From Azolla caroliniana (Eukaryota > Plantae > Polypodiophyta), in contig JBHGNT010000017.1 in assembly GCA_043228905.1 (NCBI GenBank), positions 15,934,001 to 15,998,000 of the forward strand: DNA of 64,000 nt. Direction: 5' to 3'. Shown one piece after another: positions 24,773-38,969 of this stretch; the first letter of the stretch is position 1; each line of letters opens with the position of its first letter. Position numbers and translations under genes: made by a program. The notes beneath the pieces were generated by a model. The model searched no databases, was not told the origin of the DNA, and was given only the letters and a program-made list of their open reading frames with translations.

Positions 24773-27452
24773 TATGCCCAACTCCTTCAGTATACGCTTG
24801 AGCCATACAGTTTCGCACACGGCGACCGCCGCACCCCTATATTCAGCCTTCGTGCTCGATAGTGCGACTGTCGATTGCTTCTTACTACTCCAGGAGATCA
24901 CTTCGCTACCAAGAGAGAAGACGAATCCGGATGTGGATCGTCTATCTGCTTTGTATCCTGCCCAGTCTACGTCTGTGTACCCTTCGAGTCGAATGATTGT
25001 ATTTGACTTATACATGATGTGTCGTACTCCATCGTCGTGCTGACATACCAAAGTATCCGCTTAGTGCAATCCAGATGAAGATTTCGCAGATTTTGCATAA
25101 ATTGACTAAGTAGGCCGACCGAATAATTGAGGTCAGGTCGCATGATGGTTAGATCAATTAAGCTACCGATCAATTGACAATACTGAGTCGGCTCGCTCTC
25201 GTCCGTGCCAGAGTTAGCATCGATCTTGAAATTACAATCGAGAGGGGTAGACAAAGGTTTGCACTCCGTCTTTCCGAACTTGTAGAGTAAGTTGAGGACA
25301 TAGTGCCGTTGGGATATCGTTATTCCGACTAGTGTTCAAATTACTTCAATGCCTAGGAAGTAATGGAGCTCGTGCAAGTCTTTCATTTCGAATATGCAAG
25401 AGAGAATTGATTTGACCTTGTTAATCTCGGCTAGATCTTTTCCTCCAATGAACAAATCATCCACGTAAAGGATGATGACAATCGGGCTATCTGACTCGTT
25501 TCGGATGTACAAAGAAGTATCAAAATTTGACATTTGAAATCCGATTTGATGAAGATATTGCGTGATCTTCGAGTGTCAGGCACGTGGTGCTTGTTTGAGG
25601 CCGTAGAGAGGCTTCTTGAGTCGGCACACGACGTTCGGATGACTGCGCGATTCAAAATCGGGTGGTTGGATCATGTACACCTCCTCTTCCAATTCACCTT
25701 GAAGAAAGGCGTTCTTGACGTCCATCTGTTGGAGGTGCTACCCTTTTGCTAACACGATGGCAATTACGGTCTGCACAGTTGTCATCTTTGCCACTGGGGC
25801 AAAGGTCTCTTCGTAGTCGACGCCATGCATTTGCGTGTATCCTTTCGCAACGAGCCGTACTTTAAAGCGATTTACGGAGCTGTCAGTATTGTGTTTCACT
25901 TTGTAAATCCACCTGCAGCTAATTGCTTTATTGTTTGAAGGGTGAGGAACGACATCCCAGGTTTCGTTTTTACATAATGCTTCCATTTCCTCATTCATCG
26001 CATCAACCCATCATGGATCCTGTATAGCTTCGGAAAGCGTCTCCAACTCCCGTACTGACGCTACCTTCATCATGAACATGTAATGATACGCCATGTACTC
26101 GTAATAGCTGAAACAGCTTATGGGGTTTTTTTCACGGGTGGACCGGTGTAGCTCTGCATCCATGGGGATTATGGCTTTCCTCGTTCCATTTATGTGAGTA
26201 TCGAGACCTTCAAATTCACTGTCGAGAGAGTGACACACCTCAGTCTCTTCTTGATCTTCATATTTCCGCATTTTCGCCTTCCCTTTGTCCAGTTTCAGAC
26301 TCGACCGAGATGTGCTTTGATCGCTTGGCGGCTCTGATGGCCCACTCAGCCATGTCGAGAATGGGTTGTCTTCAAACATCTACGTGAGCCTATGCTCAGC
26401 TTCTATTTCTATTTCGGCGTCATCCGCGTCGAGCGGAGTTGGAGTCAAAGTATTCTATGGTGCGTATTCGTCGAAGACTACGTCTCGGCTTGTTCGAACT
26501 TTTGGAGTAGATGGGTTGTAGCATTTGTACCCCTTTTGCTCGAGTGAGTATCCTACGAGTATACATTTCTCCGACTTCGGATCGAGCTTTTGTCGTGTAT
26601 CGTCGGGAATGTGTACGTACGTGATTGCGCCGAAAATATGGAGGTGTGTAAGTACGGCTTCTTTCCAAAGAACTTCTCATGCGGGGTTATGTTGTGTACT
26701 CCCAAGGTTATGCACTTGTTCATGAGGTATACGCCGTGTTCGCCGCTTCTGCCCAGTACGATTTCGGTAGATTCTTCTCATTCTGCCCAGTACGAGCGAC
26801 TTCTACTATGTGCTGGTTTTTACGCTCAGCTACGCCGTTCTACTGAGGTGAGTGACGGCATGAGAATTCTCGTCGGATTCCTTCCTTTCGGAGATACGTC
26901 GTAAACTCATCCGAAAAGTATTCTTTGCCTCCATCCGATTGAAGGCAGCGTACATGCCGATCCGTAGCTTTTTCGACTTCAGCTTTGAATCTCTATAAGT
27001 ATGTGAACACTTCGCTCTTTTGTTTCATCGGGTAGATCTAGGTGTTCCTAGAGAAGTCGTCGATGAACGTAACGTAATATCGGCATCCGCCGAGTGTGCT
27101 TGTCTGGGCCGGTCCCCATACATCTGAATGTACAACATCCAGGATCCCTTTGCTCACATTCCTCTCTCAGGAATGGATGTCGGTGTTTCTTTCCGAATTG
27201 GCACGCTCCGCATACGCCCGTAATCTCCTTCGCGGTAATGTTCGGGAGTCTGATTACCACTACTTTCGATTGCATGTTCTGAAGTTTTTGGAGATTGATG
27301 TGGCCAATTCTTTTGTGCCACAAATTTAAGTCCGTTTCGACTTTGAGGCCCTTTGCGAACATGGTTGACTTCACCTCGTTCAATTCGAGGATAAACATAC
27401 GGCCTTCACGACGACCGTGCGATTTGACTGCTTGTTTCGATGAAGCACCCGT

Positions 27453-30400
27453 TGTCGTGATGTGGCATGTCTAGTGTGAGAAAAAGTTAAAACTTGAGGA
27501 TCCACACACATTTCACGAATACTTGTAATAAATAAACCTAGGTCACAATGGCATTGAGTGCATGTAGAGGGCTGTAAGTAAGATTTGAACCTTGCACCTC
27601 TAAGATAAGAGGCAATTTCCTTACCACTAAAGCTACTACTAAGTGCTTTAGAGTTTCTATATTTCTTTCTCATATTCAGTATTCCGTAGGAAACAAACGT
27701 ACAAAACCGTGTACACAAAACCATGGTTTTAAGCCCATGGTTTTCTCGATATGTGATATTATCATCATCACTATCACCATCAATATAATAATCTTCTTCT
27801 TATTATTCTTGTTTATCTTCTTCTCGAGTGTAAAAATTTCCGATCTTCTCAAGTGTAGTGCTCATTGTTTCCCCAAATCTTACATTTACATTGTCCTCAT
27901 CTCAATAACTCCTTGGTCCAAGACCCCAGTGGTCCCGTTCAAGCGAAGCACGCACGCATGCGCATCTTCGCGACATCTCTTGGTGAACCCGACGTGAAGA
28001 GCGGCAGGGGAGGATGAAGATGGACAAGGAATATCTCATGAAGGCAATGTCGACGATGATGATGGAATTTTGGAGAGAAGGTAGAAGAGGAGATGTGGCC
28101 CAACAAGCCGTCAAAAGCGTGGTCGAGCGAGTTGGCTATTTCGACGGGGGCATACTCCAAAATTTTCTAGACACCTACAATGCCGAGATGGATTCGAGAG
28201 GTGTAAAAGAAGCTATGAGGCTGGAGTACTTTTGTCAAGTGGTGGCTGAACCGAACTACAAAGAGGTAAAAGAGCTTCAAGAAGCTCATGATTCGTGGGT
28301 GACTTTCAAGGAGGCTCTATTGGAGGCATATGGCTACGAGAGACCAAAGGGACAAAATTTGTACAAGTTCGACCAATGGGTATCATCGATGAAGACCCAC
28401 CGGAGTGCCATGGATGCGTTCGTTGAGTTTAGGGTTTAGGGCCAACACTTGCCCGCAGTTGCGTCCAAGAGCCAACATGAGACCCAAGAGATGGAAAGTG
28501 GTGGGGAAGCAAAGATTGAAGCCAATGCGAATAACAACGTTGACAGAAAGATGGCTATGGATGAGAAGATGGTGACCGATGGTGCCAAGGTTCTCCCCAC
28601 AATTGTTCCTGAGACTTCATCAGTTGTGCCCGCGAGCCAACATAAGACCGGAGATATGGAAGGTGGCGGCAAAGAGATGAGGGTCGAAGCCAGTGCATAC
28701 GAAGTAATGATGGCCAACAAGGAGGCCAAAAACAAAGCGAAAACAAAGTTTGATAAAGAGACAGACAACAACAAGGAAGAACCAAAAAAAAATCTGGATG
28801 GAAGATGATGCGGTTGGTTTTCCGATCCGAACGAAAGCCAACCCAGATAGGAGTTGATCGACCGGGTCCTACCCAATCGAAACCCAATCCGGCCGAACCT
28901 TATCAGTCAGACCTGATCTAGATGGGAGTAGACTCTCTTGAAGTCGATCGTGTGAGTATGATTTGGCTAATTGCAAATCCAGACAAAGCCCGACCAAGCC
29001 AGAAGTTGATTGGTCAAGATCGATCCAGACATAAGTTGAGCTGGCCTAGCTTGAGTTCGAAGCAGACAAGACGTGACACCTGGTTGAGGCTAGTGAGCAT
29101 GAGGAAAAGCAATCATGAGATGAGAAAGGATGATCCGAGGAAGTTTGATGACCAAGGAGATGGTTGAGACGAAGGCGGCACATGTACGATGCATGAAGGG
29201 TGACTCTCTGGAGGAGCAAAAAAGGCTATGACAACTGGTCATGGCAATGCGACGGGCGATCGAATGATATGGTGGATCGGATGGCGATGATGGTTCATAT
29301 GGAAGGAATGGACGAGCTCAAAATGGAGGGACAAAGGCAATGCGGGCAAGGCACAAGAAAGGAGCAAATCAAAGGTTAACAACCTTTGGCCCCACCACAT
29401 CACTCTTTTTCTTCTTGGCACAAGCCGGAGGATGTGCGGTTTGGTGGGGGTGGATGTTGTGATGTGGCATGTCTAGTGCGAGAAAAAGTCAAAAATTGAG
29501 GATCCACACACATTTCACGAATACTTGTAAAAATGAAAATAAATCAGTAATTAATAAACCTAGGTCACAATGACATTGAGTGCATGTAGAGGGCTGCAAG
29601 TAAGCTTTAAACCTTGCACCTCTGAGATAAGAGGCAATTACCTTACCACTAAAGCTACTACTAAGTGCTTTAGATTTTCTACTTAATCATGTCGTGAAGA
29701 TCCGTCACTACGTGCGGATCGTGAGGCAGAACTGCCGGGATTCTAGACCGGAAGGATTCGAAGTTTGTACTAGTTTTAGCGAGAAAGTATTTAAGATAGA
29801 TTGAAAGAGAGAGAGATTGAGATAAGATAGAACACTTGACTTTAGATTGAGAGAGATTGAAATTGAGAGAGAGATTAAGATTGAACACTTGACTTTAGAT
29901 TTGAAGAACAAGATATATCATCAATTGGATAACGAATTTTCTTCTTATTAAATTCTTGATTCATACATCGCTCCCTTTGATATTTTTTATCCACTCTTTT
30001 ATAGATGCCCCCATGCATATGAGGGTACAAGACATGCATACAATGCATGTGATGCATGTTTGCCATTTGGCGCTCATGCATTACATGTGATGCATGATAA
30101 CCATGTCACTCAATCAAGCTCTAATATGAGAATTTACATATAAAAGTATAATGATAGGAAAAACATTTCTAAAGAAATGAATTGGCTTAGTGGTAAGTTT
30201 ATTGCCTCCAATCTTAGAGGTGCAAGGTTCAAGCCTTGCTTGTATCCCTTTGTATACAAATTTTTACTAGGTTTTTTAGTCTAGAGGATTTTGTTCGTTT
30301 CACACCGAAATCGTCGCGATCAACCTATCCGATTGATCCATTTATCCGGTCCATACGGTCCGCATCCGACCCGGTGCCGGTACCGGTCCCGGCTCGGTTG

Positions 30401-30845
30401 CCGTCCCTGTCCGGTTTCGGTTCTGTCGTCGTCCGTCCGTTCCGGTTCCGTCGTCGTCCATCCGGTCCGGTCCTCCAAAACCATTACGAGTAGTTAAGCC
30501 ACAGTTTAGCCCAAGAACATTCTGTGCTCCACACATAGACAGAAAGTAATAAGTTCTGGCTCTGCTTATATACTGTGGGATCCTGATTTGTCCTATCTCA
30601 TAGTTTTGTTTTTCTCTTCTTCTTCTCAAACTTCACATTCACATAACTTGACATTTAGTTGTCCGTTTCAAATGTAGTAAAGTACATTCGCAAGCTCTTG
30701 AAGACCTCCATCTTCCCGTATCAAATATTAAGCTAATCTAAAATAGTATCTTCACTATTATTGTTTCATCTCTTGTGTGAAGAACCACACTCAATTTTGT
30801 ACATTCCATGCAATTTTCACACCGTTGCCGAAAATCTTCATGACA
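27453..30845 (+). mobile_element. Non-autonomous LTR element (family A) whose 3' LTR is fused to a family B LTR
   Basis: 5' LTR 27453-27975; PBS TGGTGAACCCGACGTGA (complement of the plant tRNA-Trp 3' end); gag-like ORF 28014-28439; PPT at ~29443-29454; partial 3' LTR 29456-29689; B-type LTR 29690-30845. TSD CCGT on both sides restores the copia-1 reading NNDGCFIE. Confidence 0.88.
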
Positions 30846-32234
30846 CCGTCGTTGTTGAATCGTACTTGCATTCCTTATTCGACAATCTGGCTGACGGAGA
30901 CCAGGTTTTTCGTGATGGTGGGGACATGCAGTACATTCTTGAGGTAGGTTTCTTTTCCGTCGTTTCCGAATGGGATGTTCCTAATATGTTGTATTGGATG
31001 AGTCGTGTCATCTCCTATTTCGACATATCCGGGACGTTCGGGCTTCCGTAGTTCCCGAAACCAATCTTTATGAGACGTCATGTGATTTGACACTCCTAAA
31101 TCAACAAACCATACATTATTTGAGGTGGAGGAATTAGTTGAAGCCTGTGCAGACATCCAGTGTGCTTCATGTTTCATTATGAACATTCCACCACGGTCGT
31201 CGTAGTCGAATATCGAAGCGTAATTAGTAAGTTGTCGGCTTGTCTCGTGCTTCTTTTTTCGGCACTCCTCTTTGTAATGGACGAGTTTTCCGTAGTACCC
31301 GCATCCGATTGGGTTTCTATGATTGCTTGGTCGGGCGTGATGACTCCCCCTTCCGCCGAACTCTCTAGGACCGGATCTGTCCGCTTGCCATTGGTGGGTG
31401 TTACGCTCATGATTGTTTGGCCTTGGCCGAATTGGCTTCTCCTCCCGCTACCGTGTCCTCTTCCTCCATCAAAATTCGAATACAACATTTGCCGTTGTGC
31501 GTGTTGTTCCTTTGATGCACATGATTCTCCTCAACAAGCAATAACGATTGGAGATCAAAAAATGAAGGAGGATTCTCTCTCGCAAGGATGGCCGATCTAA
31601 TCGAGCCAAATCGAGGTGCTAAGCCATCGAGGCATATTTGCACTATCTCGTCATCATTGATGATGACATTGATCGAACTGAGGGCATCACATAGTTCCTT
31701 GATCTTCAAGGTGTAACTTGTGATCGACATATCCCCCTGTTGCAGATTGTTTAGCTCCTGTCAAAGTTGGAGTTTCCGTGCAACCATATTTGCTGCAAAG
31801 ATTTTCTTGAGGTTTTCCCATGCCTATTTCGGCGTTTTTGCCTCTCTGATATATATTAACATATGACCATGTATGCATGATGCCAAGCAATACAACATAG
31901 GGCTTGCGGCCTGCTTCCAAGCGGGATAGTTGGCATGTGTTGGGTTGGGTTGCGTTTCATGAGCTCCTTCAATGTAGCTCCAGTAACCTTGCCCAATAAG
32001 GTATTGATGCATCTTGTATTCCCAAGATGCGAAGTTCGTTCTGTCAAGCTTCTCCATTGGAAGAGTGCTTCCCATCTGAGTATTCATGGTGATTTCTTCT
32101 CTATTGATGAACCGGTTCTATTGTTCGTCAACGTGTACCACCACACAAGAAATGAGGAGGATGATTAAGCAACCACACGCTTTGATACCATGTAAAGTGA
32201 GGAGCAAGAGTGGTTGAGATGTAGCGGAAGGACT

Positions 32235-32305
<71 letters not shown>

Positions 32306-32529
32306 CACATAAGGTAAAATAGAGAGAGAAAGAGAGAGAGCTTAAGACAGAGATAATTGTATATTACATCCAACCAAAATACTTCCAACAATAACAAGGT
32401 TACAAAGGGTTGGTTTAAATACCAACTAAACTAGGGCAAGGGCCCTTTTCTACTATTTACAAAACTAGCCTTGTATTTCCATGAGCTAGTGTGAAACCTA
32501 TTTCTATGGGAAGTTGAGTTCGATTCTCA

Positions 32530-34027
32530 ACAAATATCATAGAAGAGTCAGAGCCCGTTAATATTGTCCTAGATAATCTAGCGTGTGTAGTATCATTTAA
32601 TATAATTAGCATCCCAGAACATCCCATTGTTTTAGTATTACCATGGTTCGAATTACATAACCCAAACAGATTGGAGAACAAGAGAAATCCAGTATCGACA
32701 AGCCCGAGATCTACTCATAAGATTGCAACCATTTCGCTACATCAGTTGCGGGAAGAAGGACGCAAGGAAGAAATGTTTCTCTTCGCAATATCAGTAAAAC
32801 CCTCTGACACCACTAAAGAGTCCACCGTTCAACTTCCAAAGAAGTATCATCATTATGCCAATGTGTTCGATAAAGTACAAGACAATATGCTTCCTCACCA
32901 TCGACTATATGATTGCCCCATCGATTTACAACCGGGAAAAGAGCCACCATGAGGACCAATCTACAATTTGTCACCAACCGAGCTAGAAAGTCCTTTGAGC
33001 CTATATAGAGGAGAATTTGGAAAATGGTTTCAGTAGGCATTCGAAATCTTCAACTGGTGCACCCATTTTCTTCGTCAAGAAAAAGGATGGATCACTTCGT
33101 CTCGTTGTAGGTTACCGTGGCTTGAATAAGGTCACCATCAGAAATAGGTATGCACTTCCCCTTATCTCAAGTCTTTTAGAACCGATCAATGGTGCAAGGT
33201 TCTGCACGAAGATCAACTTACGGGGAGCATATAACCTTGTATGGATCCGACCAGGAGATGAATGGAAGACTGCGTTTCACACCAGATATGGGCACTTCGA
33301 GTATACGGCCATGCCGTTCAGCCTCACTAATATGCCAGCAGTCTTCCAGCACATGGCAAATGATATTCCGAGATCTCTTGGATGTTTGTTTGATCATCTA
33401 TTTGGATGACCTACTGGTTTATTCGAAGACCCAAGAAGAGCATGATTCTCATGTACTGTTAGTACTAAAACGACTTCGAGAACATGGTCTTTATGCAAAG
33501 CTGGAAAAATGTAGTTTCGGGTGCAACCAGGTGGAATTTATGGGCTATGTCATCTCCTCGGAAGGCATCTCCATGGATCTAGCTAAGGTCAAAACGGTGG
33601 TAGAGTGGCAAACTCCGCGTTCATTGCAAGATGTGCAATGCTTTTTAGGCTTTGCCAATTTCTACCACAAGTTTATACAGGATTACTCAAAGCTTGTTTT
33701 GCCTCTCACACAACTTACTAAGAAGGGACAATCGTTCGTTTGGTCTAAAGAAGCGGAGATGGCTTTTGAGAATCTTAAGAAGGCATTTACATCGGCTCCT
33801 ATTCTAGCTCACGTTGATCCGGAAAAACCATTCATCATGGAAGCGGACGCATCGGATTTCATATTGGGTAGCATTCTGTCACAACAAGGTAATGATGAAA
33901 ACCTACATCCTGTGGTTTTCCATTCATGCAAGTTTGAAACCGCCGAAGCTGTCATGCATGAAGTATGTCGGCATCATGGCCTTCCTGATAATATCATCAG
34001 CGACCGTGAACCCCAGTTCATCGCCCC
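32530..34027 (+). pseudogene. gypsy-2 pol remnants (protease end, RT, RNase H, integrase fragment)
   Basis: [53 protein letters not shown]. Confidence 0.92.
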
Positions 34028-34029
34028 AG

Positions 34030-34365
34030 TATATTATTTTTATTTAAGTTTTCCTATAGAAAATTAATGTATATTCTATATTTCTCTGGAACATTCTAGA
34101 AGGTTTAGGACTACTCCTGAGAACACTATAAAAGGAGGCACAAGGCATTATTTCGAACCAAATCGGTTCAACACCAATCTTAAGCCTCCTAACCTTCCTT
34201 GTATATTCTTCTCACATAATATATTGCTGTCATCATCATTTTCTGTCCCTCGATCTCTCACTCGCTCTCTCCTTCTCTCGAGTGTTCTACACCCTCTATT
34301 CCTCTTAGTACTAATATTCCTCTCTTAGTACTAATTTCTTCTCTATCTCCGTACTATTCCTGACA
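34030..34365 (+). repeat. 3' LTR of gypsy-2, 5'-truncated
   Basis: Direct repeat of ~11025-11349. Confidence 0.88.
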
Positions 34366-35214
34366 ATAGTGAATGTGAGCATCTCCTAAGGGAAGAGCCC
34401 CATGTATCCTTCACCCTGATTTTGCCAATTAGGAAAGCCCATGAATCCAGCTCTGCACCATGGATCGGTCTCTAGGATCCCCCTTTCCTATCTCCCAGGT
34501 GGTCAGTCATGTTGAAATCACTAGTCATTACCCATGCCTCTGCATCAGGTAATGTTGTCGCTAACATCCTCCAAAAGATTGCTCTCTCGAGGGATGAGTT
34601 AGGGGCATAAATGTTTAGCACCCCAATCTGTAGGCGATTCCATTTTAGAAGCACATATAAGGCTCTACCCGCCACCAACATGCCATGTGATGTTACTTCG
34701 TATCGGGCCTTATCGTTGATCGAGATGTAGACCCCTCCTTTTCAATGGAGGTCACCCTGTGTAGTCGACCACCACGTGGTCCACCCACCCGCCAAGGGGT
34801 TTACTAGGCTTTGAGCTCTCTCTTGAGAGAGGTGGTGTTCCTGCAAAAGCAATATGTCAATGTTGCGCCCAATATTAAGGGGATTCAACTCCTCCCAAAG
34901 TCTTCTGCACTCTTGTTGTTGCCGGCCTCCACCAAGGCCTTGTACATTCCACGTTAGGATCCTCGTCCAAAAACGGTGAGGTTATGGGGCAAACTAACAA
35001 TTGTTCAGGCCGACCCCCATGTCATGGGGCAAACTAACAATTGTGTCAATGTTAGACAGAACCGGCTCAGTCGGGTAGCAACAGAGAATAAGATGAAGGT
35101 TTAATGGAGAAGCTTAATACACAGAGAGTATACACGGGAGATATAGAGAGAGCAGAACGTAAACGTAGATTCAAAAATGAAAAAACTCTGGAACTCTGAA
35201 AAACCCAGCAGATT

Positions 35215-36801
35215 CTTGGAAGTCTCATATACTTGACTATCACCCGACCGAACCTCAGTTACCCAGTCCACTTAATTAGTCAGTTCATCGCGCGGCCAAC
35301 CGAGGAGCACCTTCAGTGCGCGCAACGCGTACTCAGGTACGTCAATGGCACTAAGGACCGAGGGCTACTATATCGGATCGGTACTGCCACACAGCTAGTC
35401 GGCTATATAGATGCTAACTGGGTCGGAAACACCGGCAATCGCCGATCCACATCCGGATTCGCGTTCTCCCTTGGGAGCACTGTAATCGTGTGGAGTAGCA
35501 AGAAGCAGCCGACAGTTGCATTGTCGAGCACAGAGGCCGAGTATCGAGGAGCAGCTGTCGCAACGTGCGAAGCCATATGGCTAAAGCGGCTACTTAAGGA
35601 TCTGCAGGTGGAGGTGTCCGATCCGACGATGATCTACTACGACGATGATCTTCCACGCCCGGACTAAACACATTGAGGTGCGCTACCACTTTGTCCACGA
35701 GTGTGTGCTCTCTGGGGAAGTTGAACTTCAGTATATTTCAATGGCTTGGCAGAACGCCGACATTTTCAACAAGCCCCTTGGTCTGGACAAGTTGCGGCAA
35801 TTCTCGAGTGTGCTTGGGTTGCGGCACTTCGACGTGCCAAACTTGAGGGGGAGAAAAGTCCCGCAAGACCACGGAAAGGAGTAGGAAAGGAGTGGAAGTG
35901 ACCGCGAAACCAAATCGAATGACGAATTCGATTTGGTGTCGGTTGAAGAAGCTGAAGGCGGATCCGCAGAAGAGTCTGGAAGTGGACGAGAGGGCAACAG
36001 CCGAAAGAAAGAGCAGGAGCCAGCCAAGCATGGGGGAGATGAAGCCAACATGCGGAAGAAAGGGTTTAGGGTTTAGGGTTTAGGGCAACAGAAGAGGTGC
36101 CAACACCATGACAGCAAGGGAGATGAATCGGAGGCAGTTGATTCGGCTCGGATGTTTGATTCGGAGACGCCAAATCAACTGAAGGCCAAGCGGAAGAAAG
36201 GGCAACAAAAGAGGTGCCAACACCGTGACAACAAGGGAGCTTGAAAAGGCCGCACGAGCAGACAAGCTGACCGTAAGGGTCGAGGAGCGCGAGCAAGGCG
36301 TGAAGTCAAGAGAAACCGGAGTGAAGGACCGGAAGAGCCTCAAGTTCAGCTTGAGGGGGAGTGTTGAGATACAAGCTCAACATTGGCCAGATCGGTTGTG
36401 CGAGCCGAGAACCGGATCGGTTTGGACCGATCAGTTAGGCCGGACCGGTGCGTAAACTGGTGCACAAACCGGTGCGTAAACTGGTGCACAAACCGGTGCG
36501 CAACAAGAGGCCAGATCGGTGCGGAAACCGGGAGGCCGTTGAACAGATATTCCGCGAGGGAATATATTTGGGAGTTAGTGTAGGAGCTTAGTTATGAGCA
36601 TTGAAGTACGTGTCAGTACTTCTATCAGTCCGTATGGGCTTGTATAAAAGTGCTCTCTGAGCACATCCTATGTACAGAGTTTTACACATTATTTTGAATT
36701 TAGTTTTTTCTGTGTGTTCATTCCCTCTCTGTCTCTCCCGCGTACATTGTGTCTTAAGCTCTCCATTAAACCTGTTTTTCCCTGTCGGTATTCTGTGTTT
36801 C
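35215..36801 (+). mobile_element. 3' part (RT end, RNase H, PPT, LTR) of a related copia copy in opposite orientation
   Basis: STSG...WSSKKQPTVALSSTEAEY; PPT GAGGGGGAG at ~36353-36361; LTR 36362-36801 related to but diverged from the copia-2 LTR. Confidence 0.82.
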
Positions 36802-38969
36802 GTATAGCTTTCACACGTAACATTTCACACAACCGATTGATTTACAGTCTTGGGGAGGGTCAACGAGGTCCCATGTGTTGTTGGCATGGAGTGCCCGCAT
36901 TTCTTCCTCCATAACGGCACGCCAATTTGTGTCCTTTGCCGCTTTTGCGTAGCTCTCCGGGTCACGCACTTCCGCCAGTTTGGTCATGTACGCATAGTGA
37001 TGTGCCATGTACTCACTGTACACGTACCGCGTAACGGGGTTCTTCTGGTAGGAAGACTGGCGTAACTTGTCGTTACCCGGTTTGGGGCCCTTCTTGGCCG
37101 GTTCGAACTTCCTTTCTGAAGATCCGCATTCTTCCTTTCCGGGGTCAGATCCGATCCGATCCGACCCTTCACTACCGGTATCGTATTCCGACATCTTCTT
37201 CTTCCCCTTCTCTTTGCTCGTGAATCGTCTCGGTTCCTTGCGCAGGAAGAGCATGGCAAAGTCTCCACTACTCATCGGTTCTTCATCGAACTGGTCACTT
37301 TGACCCAGTCGCTCGTTCGGTTCGCTCAACCGAAACGATTCTGGACTCTCTTCTAGAGTCTCAAGCTCGTCATCTTCTATCTGGACCGGTTCAGGCTCAC
37401 TGGCCTCATCGTCCGGGATTGGGTCAGTGTTGGAAGTCAGAGTTGGTAGGGAGTACCACGATGCCGTCTCGTCGAACTCAACATCTCAGCTTACTCGGAC
37501 CTACTTAGTCCGGGGGTTATAGCATTTATACCCCTTTTGCTCATGCGAGTAGTCGACTAGGATGCACTTCTCCGACTTCGGATCCAGCTTCCTCCGCTTC
37601 CCATCCGGTACATGCACATATGCTATGCTACCGAATATCCGAAGGTGTCCCAAATTCGGTTTCCGCCTGAAATACAGCTCATGTGCTGACACATTGTCTC
37701 CGATCCGGTTTTGGATGTAGACTGTCGTCCGGACCGCCTCATCCCAGTAGAAATGGGGCATGCTCTTCTCCTCCAGGATTTCCCTTGCCACGTCGACAAT
37801 CGACCTGTTCTTCCTTTTCACCACACTGTTTTGCTCCAGTGTGTATCTGCAGCTGAATTCTCTCCGAATTCCGTTCTGCTGCAGATAACTGTTGAAATCG
37901 CCGGAAAAGTATTCTTTTCTGCCATCCGACCACAAGCACTTGACCTTCCTCTTCGTTTCCCGTTCAACTAAGCTTTGCAAGTTCCGGAAACATTCGAAGA
38001 CTTTGCTCTTCCGTTCGATGAGGTAGATCCACGTGTGCCGACTGTAGTCGTCGATGAAGGAGACAAAGTATCGACTCCCGCCAAGACTAACATTCTGTGT
38101 CGGTCCCCATACATCCGAATGTATTAGATCAAGCTTGTTACGGCTCTGGTTTCGTTCGGTGGGGAATGGAAGCTGGTGTTGCTTCCCGAGTTGGTAGGCT
38201 TCACAAATTTCGGCCTTCTTGCCGCTAAATTTCGGCAAACCGAAAACAACTTGTTTCGATTGCAGATCCTAAAGCCTCCGGTCGTTGATGTGGCCGATCA
38301 GCTTATGCCAGAGATCGATATCCGATTCAATCTTATGTCCTTTGGCAAACATGGTGGTGCCGACGTCATTAGTGTTGAGGATGAACATCCTCCCTTCTCT
38401 GCGCCCTTGCGCGATTATCCAGCCTTCTTCCTCGATGAAACACCTGAGGTGCGTAAACTGCACCTGCATCCCCTGGTCGACGATTTTTCTAACCGACACA
38501 CCAGGTTCTTTGTGATTGTCGGAAAGTGTAATACGTTCATCAGCTTCCCCCTATTTCTGACATGGCTCAAAGGGACTTCTCCGACATGCACAATCGGGTG
38601 AGGAGTGTCGTCTCCGGTTTCGACAAGTCTCGGTTGATTCGTGGCTCGTCATGTGGTTCAACGCACCGGAATCAACGTACCATACTTCCTCCAATTTGGA
38701 AGTAATCTTCTCCATCGAGTTAGCCTTGTGCTTCACCAGGCCCTTTACCGGTCTTCCTGGTTTTGGATCCCTTCGATCCTTCCGCCTAGTGCGAGCTTTG
38801 CCGGTTTTGCCAAATCCAGATTTGTCCGAATCGGCACGCTTCTTCCAGCATTCTATTTCCCTGCGGTGCTTTTTGCCACAATACCAACATTCCGTGTTGG
38901 TCTTTCCTTGCCGGCTGCCGGCGTCGCTTTGACTCCCCCTGCTTGTGGAGGGTCCGGAACTACTGTTGG

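Larger units (their letters stand above)
13148..32500 (-). mobile_element. Ty1/copia LTR retrotransposon (copia-1), interrupted three times
   Basis: 5' LTR from 32191 (contains (GT)n); PBS TGGTATCAAAGCG (tRNA-iMet) at 32178-32190; gag 32087 to ~31200; protease WFVDLG; GAG-pre-integrase LWHKRIGH; RT FAPVAK and LYVDD; RNase H STSG...WSSKKQ; PPT at ~23722-23731; 3' LTR remnant 13148-13220. Both outer junctions look deleted. Confidence 0.88.
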
